Source: Paludibacteraceae bacterium (GTDB lineage Bacteria > Bacteroidota > Bacteroidia > Bacteroidales > Paludibacteraceae). Taken from it: DNA of 64,000 nt. The stretch is taken from contig CAJOKE010000014.1 of NCBI GenBank assembly GCA_905235225.1, positions 4,175-68,174 of the forward strand. The letters are read 5' to 3'. The stretch's first letter is position 1; every line of letters begins with the position of its first letter. A model generated the notes under the pieces. The model was not told where the DNA came from. It made no database searches and saw only the letters and a program-made list of their open reading frames with translations. Of this stretch, positions 44,803-55,141 are shown in pieces. The position numbers were made by a program, and so were the translations under genes.

Positions 44803-46092
44803 TTATTTTTTCTTGGCTACCTTGGCAGCTTTAGCCTCTTTGAGTTCTTTTTCAAGCCGTGCAATTTCTTTTTCCTGACCATTAATTGTTTTGAGGAGTG
44901 AGTTCAGTTCCTCGTTCTCAATTGTGGTCGGGTATTGTTCATCAACGAGCTGCAAGAAATCAGAGAGGATGTTCATATAATTGATAAACGCATCATACGC
45001 CGACTCATAGTTTGTAGCCCCCTGGTCGATATGGTTCATGAAGTGGAGGTAGTTAACATCCTGCAACATAAGCCAGTCACGTTTAAGTCGTTTATCGGAA
45101 CAAAGATGTACACGTTCAGCTACATTATAAAGTTTATTAATAGCTTCCTGTTGCAAATCATTACCTGTGTAGATGCTCAGATCCTTAGCCTCACCTGCCC
45201 ATGTCAAAGGATAGGGAACAGAAAGCACATCCTTCGCCGCCATTTTCTTTGCCGCTTCAGAAGGAGTAACAAATCCTATGCCATTCTCCAAAGCATAGTA
45301 CGGTAATGCTTTCAAAAACTCAAAAATTCCGGTTTCGGCACGTTGTCTGCAGCCGAAAGTCTCTGCGCCCAACCATATATTAACCAGTTCTTCGTCTTCC
45401 GGCAGATTAGCAAGAGCTTTTGCATATTTCTCGGCGTCCATCGGGAAGTTCACCCAAGCGGGGTCAGAGAAATGGAATGCCAACTCGTCACTTAAAGCAG
45501 CATTCCGAACCAGCACTTTCATTTTAGCCGATGCAGCGGACTGGTACATATAATTGGGAGATTTCCAGCTGAGTACATGTTTTGCCCCTTCTGTCATGGC
45601 AACTTTGTATCCCCATTTCTGCAAATTAAATGCAATTTCGTCAGAGTACAACAATTCAGCATTGCAAACAGTTGTCGGCTTAACCCCGAAGAGGTCGGAA
45701 ATGACTTTCTCTTGCTTCTCCAATTGGTCTCTAAACTCGTTTTCGTTGAACTCTGCCGCCAAGGAATAGGCATAGGGAGTAGCGAGGAACTCTACACATT
45801 TTGTTTCCGCCAACTCACGGAGAACATCAATCATCTCGGGTGTAAATTGCTCGAATACTTCGAGTAGAGAGCCAGAAATAGCCAATGCACAATGGAATTT
45901 GCTTTTCGAGAGACGAATCATCTCCTGAAGTGTCTTGCACAAGGGCATAAACGAATTCTCCACCAACCATGATACGCGTTCTTCCGTTTCGGAGTCATCG
46001 TAGTAATAGTGATCTTGACCGATATCAAAGAAACGATAGCGTTTCAGACGGTAGGGAGCGTGCATTTGAATGCAAAAACAAATATTTTTCAT
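44803..46092 (-). CDS. Glycoside hydrolase family 57 (alpha-amylase / branching-type)
   Basis: N-terminal FCIQMHAPYRLKRY...DHYYY and GSLLEVF motifs typical of GH57. Clustered with GT4 and debranching genes. Confidence 0.75.
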   Translation of the reverse strand: MKNICFCIQMHAPYRLKRYRFFDIGQDHYYYDDSETEERVSWLVENSFMPLCKTLQEMIRLSKSKFHCALAISGSLLEVFEQFTPEMIDVLRELAETKCVEFLATPYAYSLAAEFNENEFRDQLEKQEKVISDLFGVKPTTVCNAELLYSDEIAFNLQKWGYKVAMTEGAKHVLSWKSPNYMYQSAASAKMKVLVRNAALSDELAFHFSDPAWVNFPMDAEKYAKALANLPEDEELVNIWLGAETFGCRQRAETGIFEFLKALPYYALENGIGFVTPSEAAKKMAAKDVLSVPYPLTWAGEAKDLSIYTGNDLQQEAINKLYNVAERVHLCSDKRLKRDWLMLQDVNYLHFMNHIDQGATNYESAYDAFINYMNILSDFLQLVDEQYPTTIENEELNSLLKTINGQEKEIARLEKELKEAKAAKVAKKK

Positions 46093-46104
46093 AATTGTAG
46101 AATT

Positions 46105-47364
46105 TTACCAATGGTTAATAACTTTATCATATATGGCACGAACTTTGAGACCTGCATCGTACCATTTAATATTATTGACTTCTTCCATACCAAGTTCGTG
46201 CAATGACTTGTACATTGCCGGATACTTGACGATGGCATAAATGGCATCAGCCATAGCATCAATATCCCAATAGTCAGTTTTTATAGCATGTTGCAGAATC
46301 TCTGCACAACCGGACTGATGAGATATGATAGAGGGACAGCCCACTTGCATAGCTTCCAAGGGTGAAATACCAAACGGCTCACTGACAGACGGCATAATAT
46401 ACACATCCGAGTCCGCCAGAATTTCCTGGACCTGCTTTCCCCTCATGAATCCGGGGAAATGGAATTTATCGGCAATGCCACGTTTGGCAACAAGGTCTAT
46501 CATTTTATTCATCATATCACCGCTACCAGCCATTACAAACCGGACGCCGTCTGTTTTATCCAGCACACGTGCAGCCGCCTCGACAAAGTATTCGGGTCCT
46601 TTCTGCATAGTGATACGCCCAAGGAATGTAACCAGTTTGTCTTTACGTTTATGTTTGACAAACTCATCGGGATTGGCAAGAGGTTCAACGGCATTATGTA
46701 CGGTTGACACTTTCGCGGGGTCTTGTCCGTATTTTTCAATAACGGTTTGCCGTGTCAAGTTACTAACGCACATGATATGGTCTGCCTCATCCATACCGCG
46801 CCGTTCGATGGCATAGACGGTAGGATTGACATTACCGCGGCTACGGTCGAAGTCAGTAGCATGCACATGTATAACCAGCGGTTTGCCCGAAATGCGTTTG
46901 GCAAATACTCCTGCCGGATAGGTCAACCAGTCATGTGAGTGAATGATGTCGAAATCAAGGCTATGAGCGAGAACGCTTGCCACGGCTTCATAGTTTCCGA
47001 TTTCTTCCACAAGGTTGTCGGGATAACGTCCCGAGAAATTAATACAACCGAGGTCGTCTGTACCAATACGGCGGTAATCATATCGGATTCCATCCCGATA
47101 ATGGTAATATTCTTCCGGGGTCATGCGACCTTCCATGCGTTGTCGCACGTACTCATAATCAGCGTCCTTCCAAACAACGGGAATCGAATTCGCACCGATA
47201 ATCTTCAGAAAAGATTGGTCTTCATCGCCCCAAGGTTTGGGTATAACAAACGTAATCTGCAGATCCTCCTGTTGAGACATACCGCGCGTTAATCCGTAAC
47301 TCGCAGTTCCCAATCCGCCGAGGATATGGGGAGGAAACTCCCAACCAAACATTAGTGCTTTCAT
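46105..47364 (-). CDS. GT4-family glycosyltransferase, glycogen-synthase-like
   Basis: FGWEFPPHILGGLGTASYGL N-terminus. C-terminal E..PFGISPLEAM motif (EX7E-like). Confidence 0.75.
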   Translation of the reverse strand: MKALMFGWEFPPHILGGLGTASYGLTRGMSQQEDLQITFVIPKPWGDEDQSFLKIIGANSIPVVWKDADYEYVRQRMEGRMTPEEYYHYRDGIRYDYRRIGTDDLGCINFSGRYPDNLVEEIGNYEAVASVLAHSLDFDIIHSHDWLTYPAGVFAKRISGKPLVIHVHATDFDRSRGNVNPTVYAIERRGMDEADHIMCVSNLTRQTVIEKYGQDPAKVSTVHNAVEPLANPDEFVKHKRKDKLVTFLGRITMQKGPEYFVEAAARVLDKTDGVRFVMAGSGDMMNKMIDLVAKRGIADKFHFPGFMRGKQVQEILADSDVYIMPSVSEPFGISPLEAMQVGCPSIISHQSGCAEILQHAIKTDYWDIDAMADAIYAIVKYPAMYKSLHELGMEEVNNIKWYDAGLKVRAIYDKVINHW

Positions 47365-47365
47365 G

Positions 47366-49306
47366 CTATTCTTGGAATTTCTTTAAAGTATCTAAAACTG
47401 AAATAACCGCAGCGACACTTGGGGCATAACTCATCCCACCGTGTCCCTTGTATGGCGGGTTTCCGTCATACAATTCGTTGAGTGTACCAATACAAAGTTC
47501 ACCCATTTCAACCTCAAATCCTACAAGCATTCGCTGCATAAAACTAACGCCGCTATGCTTATAGACGGTCATGTATGCCCGTGAATACGCAGCAATAGTA
47601 AACGGCCAAACGGGACCATTGTGGAAGTTCCTGTCGCGTTCCAACTGCCCGCCAATATAAATGGGGCGGTAGTCACCGCTCTTGGGCGACAATGTTCGCA
47701 ATCCGCGCGGGGTGAGAAGTTCCTTGGTGCAGATGTCAACCACCGCTTTCATTTGCTTACGGTCAAGCGGAGAATACGGCAGTCCGACAGCCCATATCTG
47801 ATTCGGGCGGACTTCCTTATTATGGTAATCATTAATGACATAATCGTCCAAATAGAAGCCGTTCCAGAATATTTTAACAAAAGCATCCTTGCATATTTCC
47901 GCTTGGTATTCCATCAAATCAGCACCGACCTCTTTTCCCTTCTCGCGCATCAATTCTGCCGTAAAGCGCATGGCATTGTACCACAATGCGTTAATTTCAA
48001 CGACATACCCGGTACGCGGCGTAATAGGCCATCCGTTTTCGGTAGCATTCATCCATGTAGCCGGCTGTTGTGAGCCATCCACCCAGACAAGTCCGTTCTG
48101 ATGAACAACAGCACGCGGATGATTCTGTTTGCGATAATATGAGATAATATCTTCGCACAACTGCGCATATTTTTCCGCTGCCTGTTTCACGGTGTATTTG
48201 TGTGCATATTTCTGCAAAGCTCTTATGAACCAGAGCAAAGCGTCAGGCTCATCCATTCCCTGAATCTTTGAGCGGTAATTACAATCCGCCATGAATGCGC
48301 GAACCTCTCCGACAGCCGTTTGGTCAATGATAGCGTCCCAATATTCAGGGCGGTCAATGTCCAAAGTGCAACTGGGAGTTGCATAGAACTCTTCGCGTGC
48401 AGAGGCATGAAACCAAGGATAACCTGCCAGAAGATAACATTTGTCACCTTCCCTTTTATAGAATTGCGAAGCGGCATTGCGCAGGCATTCGAACATATTG
48501 TCGCGTACATTTCTGCGCTCCATTTCCTTTTTCCAAAGTGTCTTGAGGTTTCGTGTCTGTGTCTCGCTGATCCCGGCGGCAAAGATAATACTTTCGCCTT
48601 TTTTCATTGGCAATTCAAAATAGCCGGGAACAAGGAGATCCTCTTTGTATTCATATCCACGCTCCTGCTCCTTTTGATACTCGATATTCTTATACCATGT
48701 TGGCTGATGATGGTACTCCACCCCCTTTGAGAACTGCATGTAGAGTTGCGGGAACTCCGGGTACATTTGGTTCACCCGTCCGTTTTCACAATCGTTCATG
48801 TCGGCATTGGCACGATTGTTTTCATGTGTCAGTTCATTGACGCTACGGAAAGCGAGGAAAGGACGGAAACGCATAGTGACAGGCGATCCGCACTCTTCCA
48901 ACGTATAACGAATCAACACGCGCGGCTCAAAGCTGACCAACAAGCGTTCCTTGGTCAATATGACAGCTCCGACGCGGTATGTCGTTTTCGCGATTACCTC
49001 ACAGTCAAACTGCCGAATGTACTTGTGACCGTTCGGTGAGAAGTTGTTCTCACCATACTTGTGCAACCCGAGATTGAACTCTGCACCGTGTTGTATAACG
49101 GTTTCGTCCAAGGAACTGAGCAGCACATAATTGTCCTCACTCAGATGAGGCAACGGCAGCACAAGCTGCCCATGATACTTGCGGGTGTTGCAGTCCACCA
49201 GCGTAGTCGAATTGTAAACTCCGGCACGGTTCGTCCGAATCATCTCCTTCTGCAACGACCGCTCCAAGTTCACCAATAGTGCTTTGTCAAAATTCAAGTA
49301 ACTCAT
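47366..49306 (-). CDS. Glycogen debranching enzyme (amylo-alpha-1,6-glucosidase family)
   Basis: Trimmed to MSYLNFDKALLVNLERSL. GDE_N and GDE_C type regions (GYPWFHASAREEF, PNQIWAVGLPYSP, LRTLSP.., NGPVWPF). Confidence 0.8.
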   Translation of the reverse strand: MSYLNFDKALLVNLERSLQKEMIRTNRAGVYNSTTLVDCNTRKYHGQLVLPLPHLSEDNYVLLSSLDETVIQHGAEFNLGLHKYGENNFSPNGHKYIRQFDCEVIAKTTYRVGAVILTKERLLVSFEPRVLIRYTLEECGSPVTMRFRPFLAFRSVNELTHENNRANADMNDCENGRVNQMYPEFPQLYMQFSKGVEYHHQPTWYKNIEYQKEQERGYEYKEDLLVPGYFELPMKKGESIIFAAGISETQTRNLKTLWKKEMERRNVRDNMFECLRNAASQFYKREGDKCYLLAGYPWFHASAREEFYATPSCTLDIDRPEYWDAIIDQTAVGEVRAFMADCNYRSKIQGMDEPDALLWFIRALQKYAHKYTVKQAAEKYAQLCEDIISYYRKQNHPRAVVHQNGLVWVDGSQQPATWMNATENGWPITPRTGYVVEINALWYNAMRFTAELMREKGKEVGADLMEYQAEICKDAFVKIFWNGFYLDDYVINDYHNKEVRPNQIWAVGLPYSPLDRKQMKAVVDICTKELLTPRGLRTLSPKSGDYRPIYIGGQLERDRNFHNGPVWPFTIAAYSRAYMTVYKHSGVSFMQRMLVGFEVEMGELCIGTLNELYDGNPPYKGHGGMSYAPSVAAVISVLDTLKKFQE

Positions 49307-49360
49307 TTCTTTTAAATGATATTTTAGTCTTTCACGGTTTACGCTTTCAAAAATTACGCG

Positions 49361-49368
49361 CAAAGTTA
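49361..49368 (-). promoter_or_regulatory. -7 promoter box (TAACTTTG) for the glycogen gene cluster
   Basis: Plus-strand cgcgCAAAGTTAca, 55 nt upstream of the ATG at 49306. Confidence 0.5.
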
Positions 49369-49462
49369 CAACTTTTTTTGAACACTTACAAATAAATAAG
49401 GGCAAAAATCGTTTTTTTTCTTCTTTTTCACTTAAATATTTGTATATATCGTAAAATAACCC

Positions 49463-49470
49463 TACCTTTG
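49463..49470 (+). promoter_or_regulatory. -7 promoter box (TACCTTTG) for the YhcH-family gene
   Basis: ccTACCTTTGcacc, 41 nt upstream of the ATG at 49511. Confidence 0.55.
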
Positions 49471-49510
49471 CACCAAAATTCAAAGCGATTACTTTTTAAC
49501 TTTTAAGGAT

Positions 49511-49969
49511 ATGATTATCGACAAACTTGAAAACGCCGACCTGTATTTTGACAGTGTGCCGCGTTTGGAACAATTCATGCACTTTTTTAACAACAACGAC
49601 CTTGAATCATTTGCAGCCGGCAAAGTAAAGCTTGACGGAGATGATTTGTTTATTAACATCCAAGACATCAAGGGGAAGGAAGAAAAATCACTGCCATTTG
49701 AGGCACATCGCGATTATATTGACATTCAGGTCCCTCTCACAGCCGATGAGCAAATGGGATGGAAAGCGTTAGAAGACTGCCAAAACGTAACGGCGGAATA
49801 TGACGAAGGGAAAGATGTAGAGTTGTACAAAGAAAAAGCAACCGCAATGCTCAACGTGCCGGTCGGTCACTTTGTTGTTTTCTTTCCGTCCGATGCGCAT
49901 CAGCCGGGGATTGCGGAAAAGGGACTTCAGTTCCGCAAACTAATTGTGAAGACGCGTGTAGAAAATTAA
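49511..49969 (+). CDS. YhcH/YjgK/YiaL family (DUF386) cupin-like protein
   Basis: MIIDKLENADLY..., FEAHRDYIDIQ, FVVFFPSDAHQPG. 152 aa. Confidence 0.75.
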   Translation: MIIDKLENADLYFDSVPRLEQFMHFFNNNDLESFAAGKVKLDGDDLFINIQDIKGKEEKSLPFEAHRDYIDIQVPLTADEQMGWKALEDCQNVTAEYDEGKDVELYKEKATAMLNVPVGHFVVFFPSDAHQPGIAEKGLQFRKLIVKTRVEN

Positions 49970-50029
49970 CTTTTTGCAAGCAAATAGAGTTACAAGAAAA
50001 TGTAGCTATTACTTTTCAGAATAACTATC

Positions 50030-50063
50030 GAAGAAGTGCATCACGCTGCACTTCTTTTTTTTT
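50030..50063 (+). terminator. Intrinsic terminator after the YhcH-family gene
   Basis: GAAGAAGTGCAtcacgcTGCACTTCTT followed by a T run of about 9 nt. Confidence 0.75.
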
Positions 50064-50105
50064 CATTACTATGTGACACCTTTGAGACTATAAAAATGTA
50101 TTGTT

Positions 50106-50138
50106 TATCTATCGTATATCTATCGTATATCTATCGTA
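50106..50138 (+). repeat. Three perfect tandem 11-mers TATCTATCGTA
   Basis: Read directly. They are followed by TTAAGG x2 (10-bp spacing) and GATTG(G) x3 (11 and 9 bp) up to about 50200. Confidence 0.9.
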
Positions 50139-50266
50139 AATGTTTCGTTATAGGTTAAGGAAATTTAAGGCACGATTGGCAAAAGATTGGAAAGATTGTC
50201 GGAGTGATAATTGAAAAAAAAAAGAGAAAAGTGAAGATTTTATTTGTGTATATCAAAAAATAGCAG

Positions 50267-50274
50267 TACCTTTG
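50267..50274 (+). promoter_or_regulatory. -7 promoter box (TACCTTTG) for rho
   Basis: agcagTACCTTTGcggcg, 76 nt upstream of the ATG at 50350. Confidence 0.55.
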
Positions 50275-50349
50275 CGGCGAATTTGAGGATTCCCTCATGT
50301 TTTTTCCATTAATTCAATTCTTATATTTCCGACAATTTAGAGAAAATAT

Positions 50350-52194
50350 ATGCAATACGACATGCAAAAACTCGAGCGTATGACGCTCGAAGAACTGAGA
50401 GCCGCCGCAGAAGAATTAGGCGCGAAAGTAAAGAAAACTCACACGCCGAAAATGATTGCTTATCTGATTTTGGATGCCCAGGCAGACAAGCGCGCAGCCG
50501 ATGTAGAGGCGAAAGAAGCCGAAAAAACGGCGAAGCGTGCCAACGGGGAACACAAGCGCGCCCGCGTTAAAACAAACGTTCAGCGCGTGAACACAGACAA
50601 CCTTGCCGGTAATTCTGTGATTGCTACCGTGGGCAATGTAAAGGACGAGATGAGCCAAATCCAAGAGCAATTGAAACAGAACCCGCACAAAGCCAACCGC
50701 ACCGTCCAGGCTGTTCAAGCCCGTCAGCCGCTCAATGAGGCAACAGAGTCACGGTTACAGGAAAAAGCAGAGAAAAAAGAGGATGCGCAGCCTACAGTTC
50801 TGCCACAGGAAGCTGCGAAAACCGCGGAACCGCAAGCAAAGCCGGTAGAATTAGAGACTGCACAACCTGAAGAAGTTTCTGCCCAGCCCAAAAAACGCGG
50901 ACGCAAAAAGAAGAACGAGCAAGCTCAGGCACAACCCGAATTGCCGCTGGAAAACAAAGAAACTCCCGCATCGGAAGAATCAGCCGACCAGCCGCAAACC
51001 GCATCGGAAAACAAGCCGCAAGAGGGGGTACCGCAAGAGGAGCAAAAATCGGAACAGACAACTATCAGTCTGGGTGAGAATGTGATTGTTATGGGTACGC
51101 TTGAGTGCGCGCCGGACGGATATGGTTTTTTACGTTCTGCCGACTATAATTACATATCATCCCCGGATGATGTGTATGTCAGTCAGCAACAGATCCGCCA
51201 ATACGGCCTCAAACCCGGTGATACGGTGGAATGTACGCTTCGCACAAACCGCGACAGCGAGAAATACTTTCCGTGCGACAAGATTATCCGCATCAACGGT
51301 CTCCCGCCCGAGCAGGTCAAGAAACGTATAGCGTTTGAGAACCTGACGCCGCTCTTCCCTGATGAGAAATTCAAACTGTGCCGCGGTAAAAACGACCCGC
51401 TTAGTGTCCGCATCATTGATTTGTTCTGCCCGATTGGCAAAGGACAGCGCGGTTTGATTGTCGCACAGCCGAAAACCGGTAAAACAGTACTGCTCAAGGA
51501 GATTGCCAATGCCATTTCGAACAATCACCCCGAGGTGTATATGATTGTTCTCCTTATTGATGAGCGTCCGGAAGAAGTGACCGACATGGCACGGAGCGTT
51601 AATGCCGAAGTGATAGCTTCTACCTTTGACGAACCGGCTGAAAACCATGTCAAAGTGGCAAATATCGTACATGAGAAAGCGAAACGATTGGTGGAATGTG
51701 GCCACGATGTGGTTATTTTACTGGATTCCATCACGCGCTTGGCGCGCGCATATAATACGGTTGCTCCATCCAGCGGAAAAGTTCTCTCCGGTGGTGTGGA
51801 AGCACAGGCACTACACAAACCCAAACGGTTCTTCGGTGCCGCACGTAACATTGAAAACGGCGGCAGTCTTACTATCATTGCCACCGCTCTGACTGAAACG
51901 GGCAGCAAAATGGACGACCTTATCTTTGAGGAATTCAAGGGAACAGGAAACATGGAATTGCAACTTGACCGTAAGTTAAGCAACAAACGCATCTTCCCTG
52001 CGGTAGATATACCGGCTTCCAGCACTCGGCGTGACGACTTGTTGCTGCCGCCGACCGTTCTGAGCCGCATGTGGCAAATCCGCAAACAATTGTCGGACAT
52101 GAACGGGATAGAGGCTATGGAGAAACTCAAATCCTATATGGAACGAACGGACGATAACGACGAGTTCCTGCTCGCTGTCAACGGTGCCAGATGA
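50350..52194 (+). CDS. rho: Transcription termination factor Rho with a long low-complexity N-terminal insertion
   Basis: The C-terminal 420 aa are canonical Rho (GYGFLRS, RRM/CSD part, Walker [31 protein letters not shown]). About 190 Q/E/K/P/A-rich residues are inserted after the N-terminal helix bundle. Confidence 0.95.
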   Translation: MQYDMQKLERMTLEELRAAAEELGAKVKKTHTPKMIAYLILDAQADKRAADVEAKEAEKTAKRANGEHKRARVKTNVQRVNTDNLAGNSVIATVGNVKDEMSQIQEQLKQNPHKANRTVQAVQARQPLNEATESRLQEKAEKKEDAQPTVLPQEAAKTAEPQAKPVELETAQPEEVSAQPKKRGRKKKNEQAQAQPELPLENKETPASEESADQPQTASENKPQEGVPQEEQKSEQTTISLGENVIVMGTLECAPDGYGFLRSADYNYISSPDDVYVSQQQIRQYGLKPGDTVECTLRTNRDSEKYFPCDKIIRINGLPPEQVKKRIAFENLTPLFPDEKFKLCRGKNDPLSVRIIDLFCPIGKGQRGLIVAQPKTGKTVLLKEIANAISNNHPEVYMIVLLIDERPEEVTDMARSVNAEVIASTFDEPAENHVKVANIVHEKAKRLVECGHDVVILLDSITRLARAYNTVAPSSGKVLSGGVEAQALHKPKRFFGAARNIENGGSLTIIATALTETGSKMDDLIFEEFKGTGNMELQLDRKLSNKRIFPAVDIPASSTRRDDLLLPPTVLSRMWQIRKQLSDMNGIEAMEKLKSYMERTDDNDEFLLAVNGAR

Positions 52195-52631
52195 AAATCG
52201 CAATTATCAATGGTCCTAACCTTAATTTGACGGGGAAACGCACCCCGCAAATTTATGGTCATAAGACGATGGAAGAGATGATGGTCGAAATCCAGCGTCA
52301 ATGGATTGGCACACATTTTGTTTATTTTCAATCGAATCACGAAGGGGCGTTAATAGATTATATCCAAAAAGTGGCATTGGCCGATGACTATGACGGAATA
52401 ATTATCAATGCCGGCGGATACGCCCATACAAGTGTCGCTTTGCGCGATGCGCTTGACTTCGCGAAGGAGCAAAACATAACGGTGGTGAATATACACCTAT
52501 CTAATATACGCGCAAGAGAGGATTTCCGTCAACGCGATTTATTGGAAGATGTCTGCACACACACCATAATCGGACATGGTATAGATGGATACAAAGAAGC
52601 TGTGGAGTTTATCACTCGTGTTGCTCGTTAG
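52191..52631 (+). CDS. aroQ: Type II 3-dehydroquinate dehydratase
   Basis: [38 protein letters not shown]. Confidence 0.9.
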   Translation: MKIAIINGPNLNLTGKRTPQIYGHKTMEEMMVEIQRQWIGTHFVYFQSNHEGALIDYIQKVALADDYDGIIINAGGYAHTSVALRDALDFAKEQNITVVNIHLSNIRAREDFRQRDLLEDVCTHTIIGHGIDGYKEAVEFITRVAR

Positions 52632-55134
52632 TCTCCAGACTTGGGCAACGGACATTGTCGGGAAAGTGTTGGATGCAGGAACGCGCCAACCGCTTGACTT
52701 CGTAAATATCAGTCTCACTAAACAAGGCGAGACTACTCCTGTCGGCGGAGTGGTGACCGATGAAGAAGGTGTTTTTGTTTTGGACAACGTCAAGAACGGA
52801 AAATACAACGTTACAATTTCTTTTATGGGCTATACTACCCTAACGAAGCCCGTTGAAATAAAAGGAGCGGATGTTGATTTAGGCAAGGTATATCTGAAAG
52901 AAGACACCCGCGCACTCCAGGAAGTGGAAGTGGTCGGACAAGGTAGCTCGATGCGGTTTGAACTGGACAAGAAAATCTTTACCGTGGACCAGAATATTGC
53001 TTCCGCCGGTGCCAGCGTGTCGGAGGTTTTGGAGAATATCCCTTCGGTAGATGTGGATCAGGATGGAAATATCTCGCTGCGCAATTCCGAAGATGTGGAG
53101 ATTTGGATTAACGGCAAACCTGCCGGACTTACTTCCGAGAACCGCGCACAAGTACTTCAGCAGATGCCTGCGGGAACAATCGAGCAAATCGAACTCATCA
53201 CCAATCCTTCAGCCAAGTTCTCACCGGAAGGGACGGCCGGAATCATCAATCTTGTCATGAAAAAAGACCGTGCTTCGGGCTACTATGGTTCTATTCAGGC
53301 AGGGCTGGAATACGCACTTGCCAAACCGTGGAATGTGCCGCCTGGCGGAAATGTCGGATTCAGCATTAACTTCAACTCGGGAATAGTGGACGGCTATTTC
53401 AATGTCGGCTATCGGTACCATATCAGTAACGGCGGAAGCAAGACCGACCGCTATAATTTGAACGGCACCGGCAGCGAAGTGTTGGACTCCGCACTGATTG
53501 CCGGACACCTGACACAGGAAGGCAACCAGACACACCGCGGCGGAGGGATCTTCACACGGGCGGGATTGAACTTCCGTATCACAGAGCGTTCTACCATTGG
53601 CGTGTCTGGATTCGGCATGGTCAGCGACCCCAAAGTGTTTAAGATGTCCAATACCTACTCCCGAACTTACCTGCTTACCGATCCCGCGAACAATATTCTG
53701 CGCGACTACCGGCGTAATCAGGACGGGACAGGATCACACCCGGGCGGAAATGCCACATTGGATTACACGTTCAAACTGAAAAGTCACCAACTCATTGTCA
53801 GCGGCACATATAACAATAATTCGTTTAACAACTCATCTAATTTCACACAGATAGAGGGGGATACCACCTATCAGGACCAGAATGCCGCAAGCAATAACCA
53901 AAGCATCGAAATCAAAGCCGACTACGAATGGAAACCGACTGCCCAAAGCCGCCTCGAAGCCGGATATAACTACACTCGCGGCTGGAGCAGCACAACAACC
54001 GACGCACACAATATCTTTGGGGACAAACAGGAAGAATTATATACTTACTATTCGGATTTCAAAGGGTTGACACAGAATCACGCTCTTTATCTCACTTACG
54101 GCAACCGATTTTGGAACAAACTCTCACTCCAAGTCGGATTGCGCGGGGAATACTACCAACGCCATTTGGAATACTATTATAAGGACGATAGCGGCGAGCG
54201 TCAGGACGCCTATGCGGCTATTCCGAACAAGCGCGACACTTCATATTTCCAGCTTTTCCCGAGTGCCTATATCAGTTATGACTTCGGTCACGGCCACGAA
54301 CTCCAACTGAACTACACCCGCCGTGTAAGACGGCCGTGGGGTAACCAGATGAGTCCGAGGGCGGACTTCTCAGATAGTACGAATATCAGCTACGGTAACG
54401 TGGATCTGTTGCCTGCCTATTCAAATAATCTGGAGTTGAACTACCTTAAAACATGGGAACGACATACCCTTTCCGCGGGCGTGTTCTGGAAATACGGAGA
54501 AGGTGCCGTGCAGAACGTCAAGTACATGCAGGACGGCATTATGAAGAACACCTACCTCAATATTGCTACGCGCCAGGAGTTGGGTGTCGAACTTGTTGCC
54601 AAAAACCGTCTCTTCGGGGAATTGCTGCAACTTACTACCAGTGCCAGTTTCTATTGGAACAATGTTTCTGCTATTGACGAAATCATCATGCACCAAGGCG
54701 CGGAGATTCCCGTTCAGGTTCCCGCTCAAAATATCTTCGCCGGTTCTGTTCGCCTCAACGCACAGTTCATGTTTACGAAGAACTTCTCTGGTCAGTTGAC
54801 CGGACAATATCGCAGCCCGCGTGTTGTGGCACAGGGTACAACCAGTCATAGCTATTCTATCGACATCGGATTGCGCCACACCTTCCTTAACAAGCAGCTG
54901 GCTTTGGCACTCAATGTCAGGGACATTTTGGACAGTCGCGCACGGAGCAACACCACGTGGGGAGAAGGATTCTGGCAGTTCTCCGAAAACCGATGGCACT
55001 CAAGAACGATCAGCCTTACACTGACATATAACTTCGGCAACAATCAAAAGCAACGACGCGGAGACCGTCAGGATAACAGTATGGGCAACGAAGAAGACTT
55101 TGACGATTCCGGCAATATGGGCGGCGAATATTAA
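52585..55134 (+). CDS. Outer-membrane beta-barrel / TonB-dependent receptor-like protein with CarboxypepD_reg domain
   Basis: Signal peptide, VGKVLDAGTRQPLDFVNISL (CarboxypepD_reg), plug-like SVSEVLENIPSV, long barrel, charged C-terminal tail. Confidence 0.75.
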   Translation: MDTKKLWSLSLVLLVSLQTWATDIVGKVLDAGTRQPLDFVNISLTKQGETTPVGGVVTDEEGVFVLDNVKNGKYNVTISFMGYTTLTKPVEIKGADVDLGKVYLKEDTRALQEVEVVGQGSSMRFELDKKIFTVDQNIASAGASVSEVLENIPSVDVDQDGNISLRNSEDVEIWINGKPAGLTSENRAQVLQQMPAGTIEQIELITNPSAKFSPEGTAGIINLVMKKDRASGYYGSIQAGLEYALAKPWNVPPGGNVGFSINFNSGIVDGYFNVGYRYHISNGGSKTDRYNLNGTGSEVLDSALIAGHLTQEGNQTHRGGGIFTRAGLNFRITERSTIGVSGFGMVSDPKVFKMSNTYSRTYLLTDPANNILRDYRRNQDGTGSHPGGNATLDYTFKLKSHQLIVSGTYNNNSFNNSSNFTQIEGDTTYQDQNAASNNQSIEIKADYEWKPTAQSRLEAGYNYTRGWSSTTTDAHNIFGDKQEELYTYYSDFKGLTQNHALYLTYGNRFWNKLSLQVGLRGEYYQRHLEYYYKDDSGERQDAYAAIPNKRDTSYFQLFPSAYISYDFGHGHELQLNYTRRVRRPWGNQMSPRADFSDSTNISYGNVDLLPAYSNNLELNYLKTWERHTLSAGVFWKYGEGAVQNVKYMQDGIMKNTYLNIATRQELGVELVAKNRLFGELLQLTTSASFYWNNVSAIDEIIMHQGAEIPVQVPAQNIFAGSVRLNAQFMFTKNFSGQLTGQYRSPRVVAQGTTSHSYSIDIGLRHTFLNKQLALALNVRDILDSRARSNTTWGEGFWQFSENRWHSRTISLTLTYNFGNNQKQRRGDRQDNSMGNEEDFDDSGNMGGEY

Positions 55135-55141
55135 CATCTTC

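Noticed and set aside
51157-52130. Minus-strand ORFs of 182, 113 and 201 aa inside rho
   Set aside because: They are antisense to canonical Rho coding sequence.
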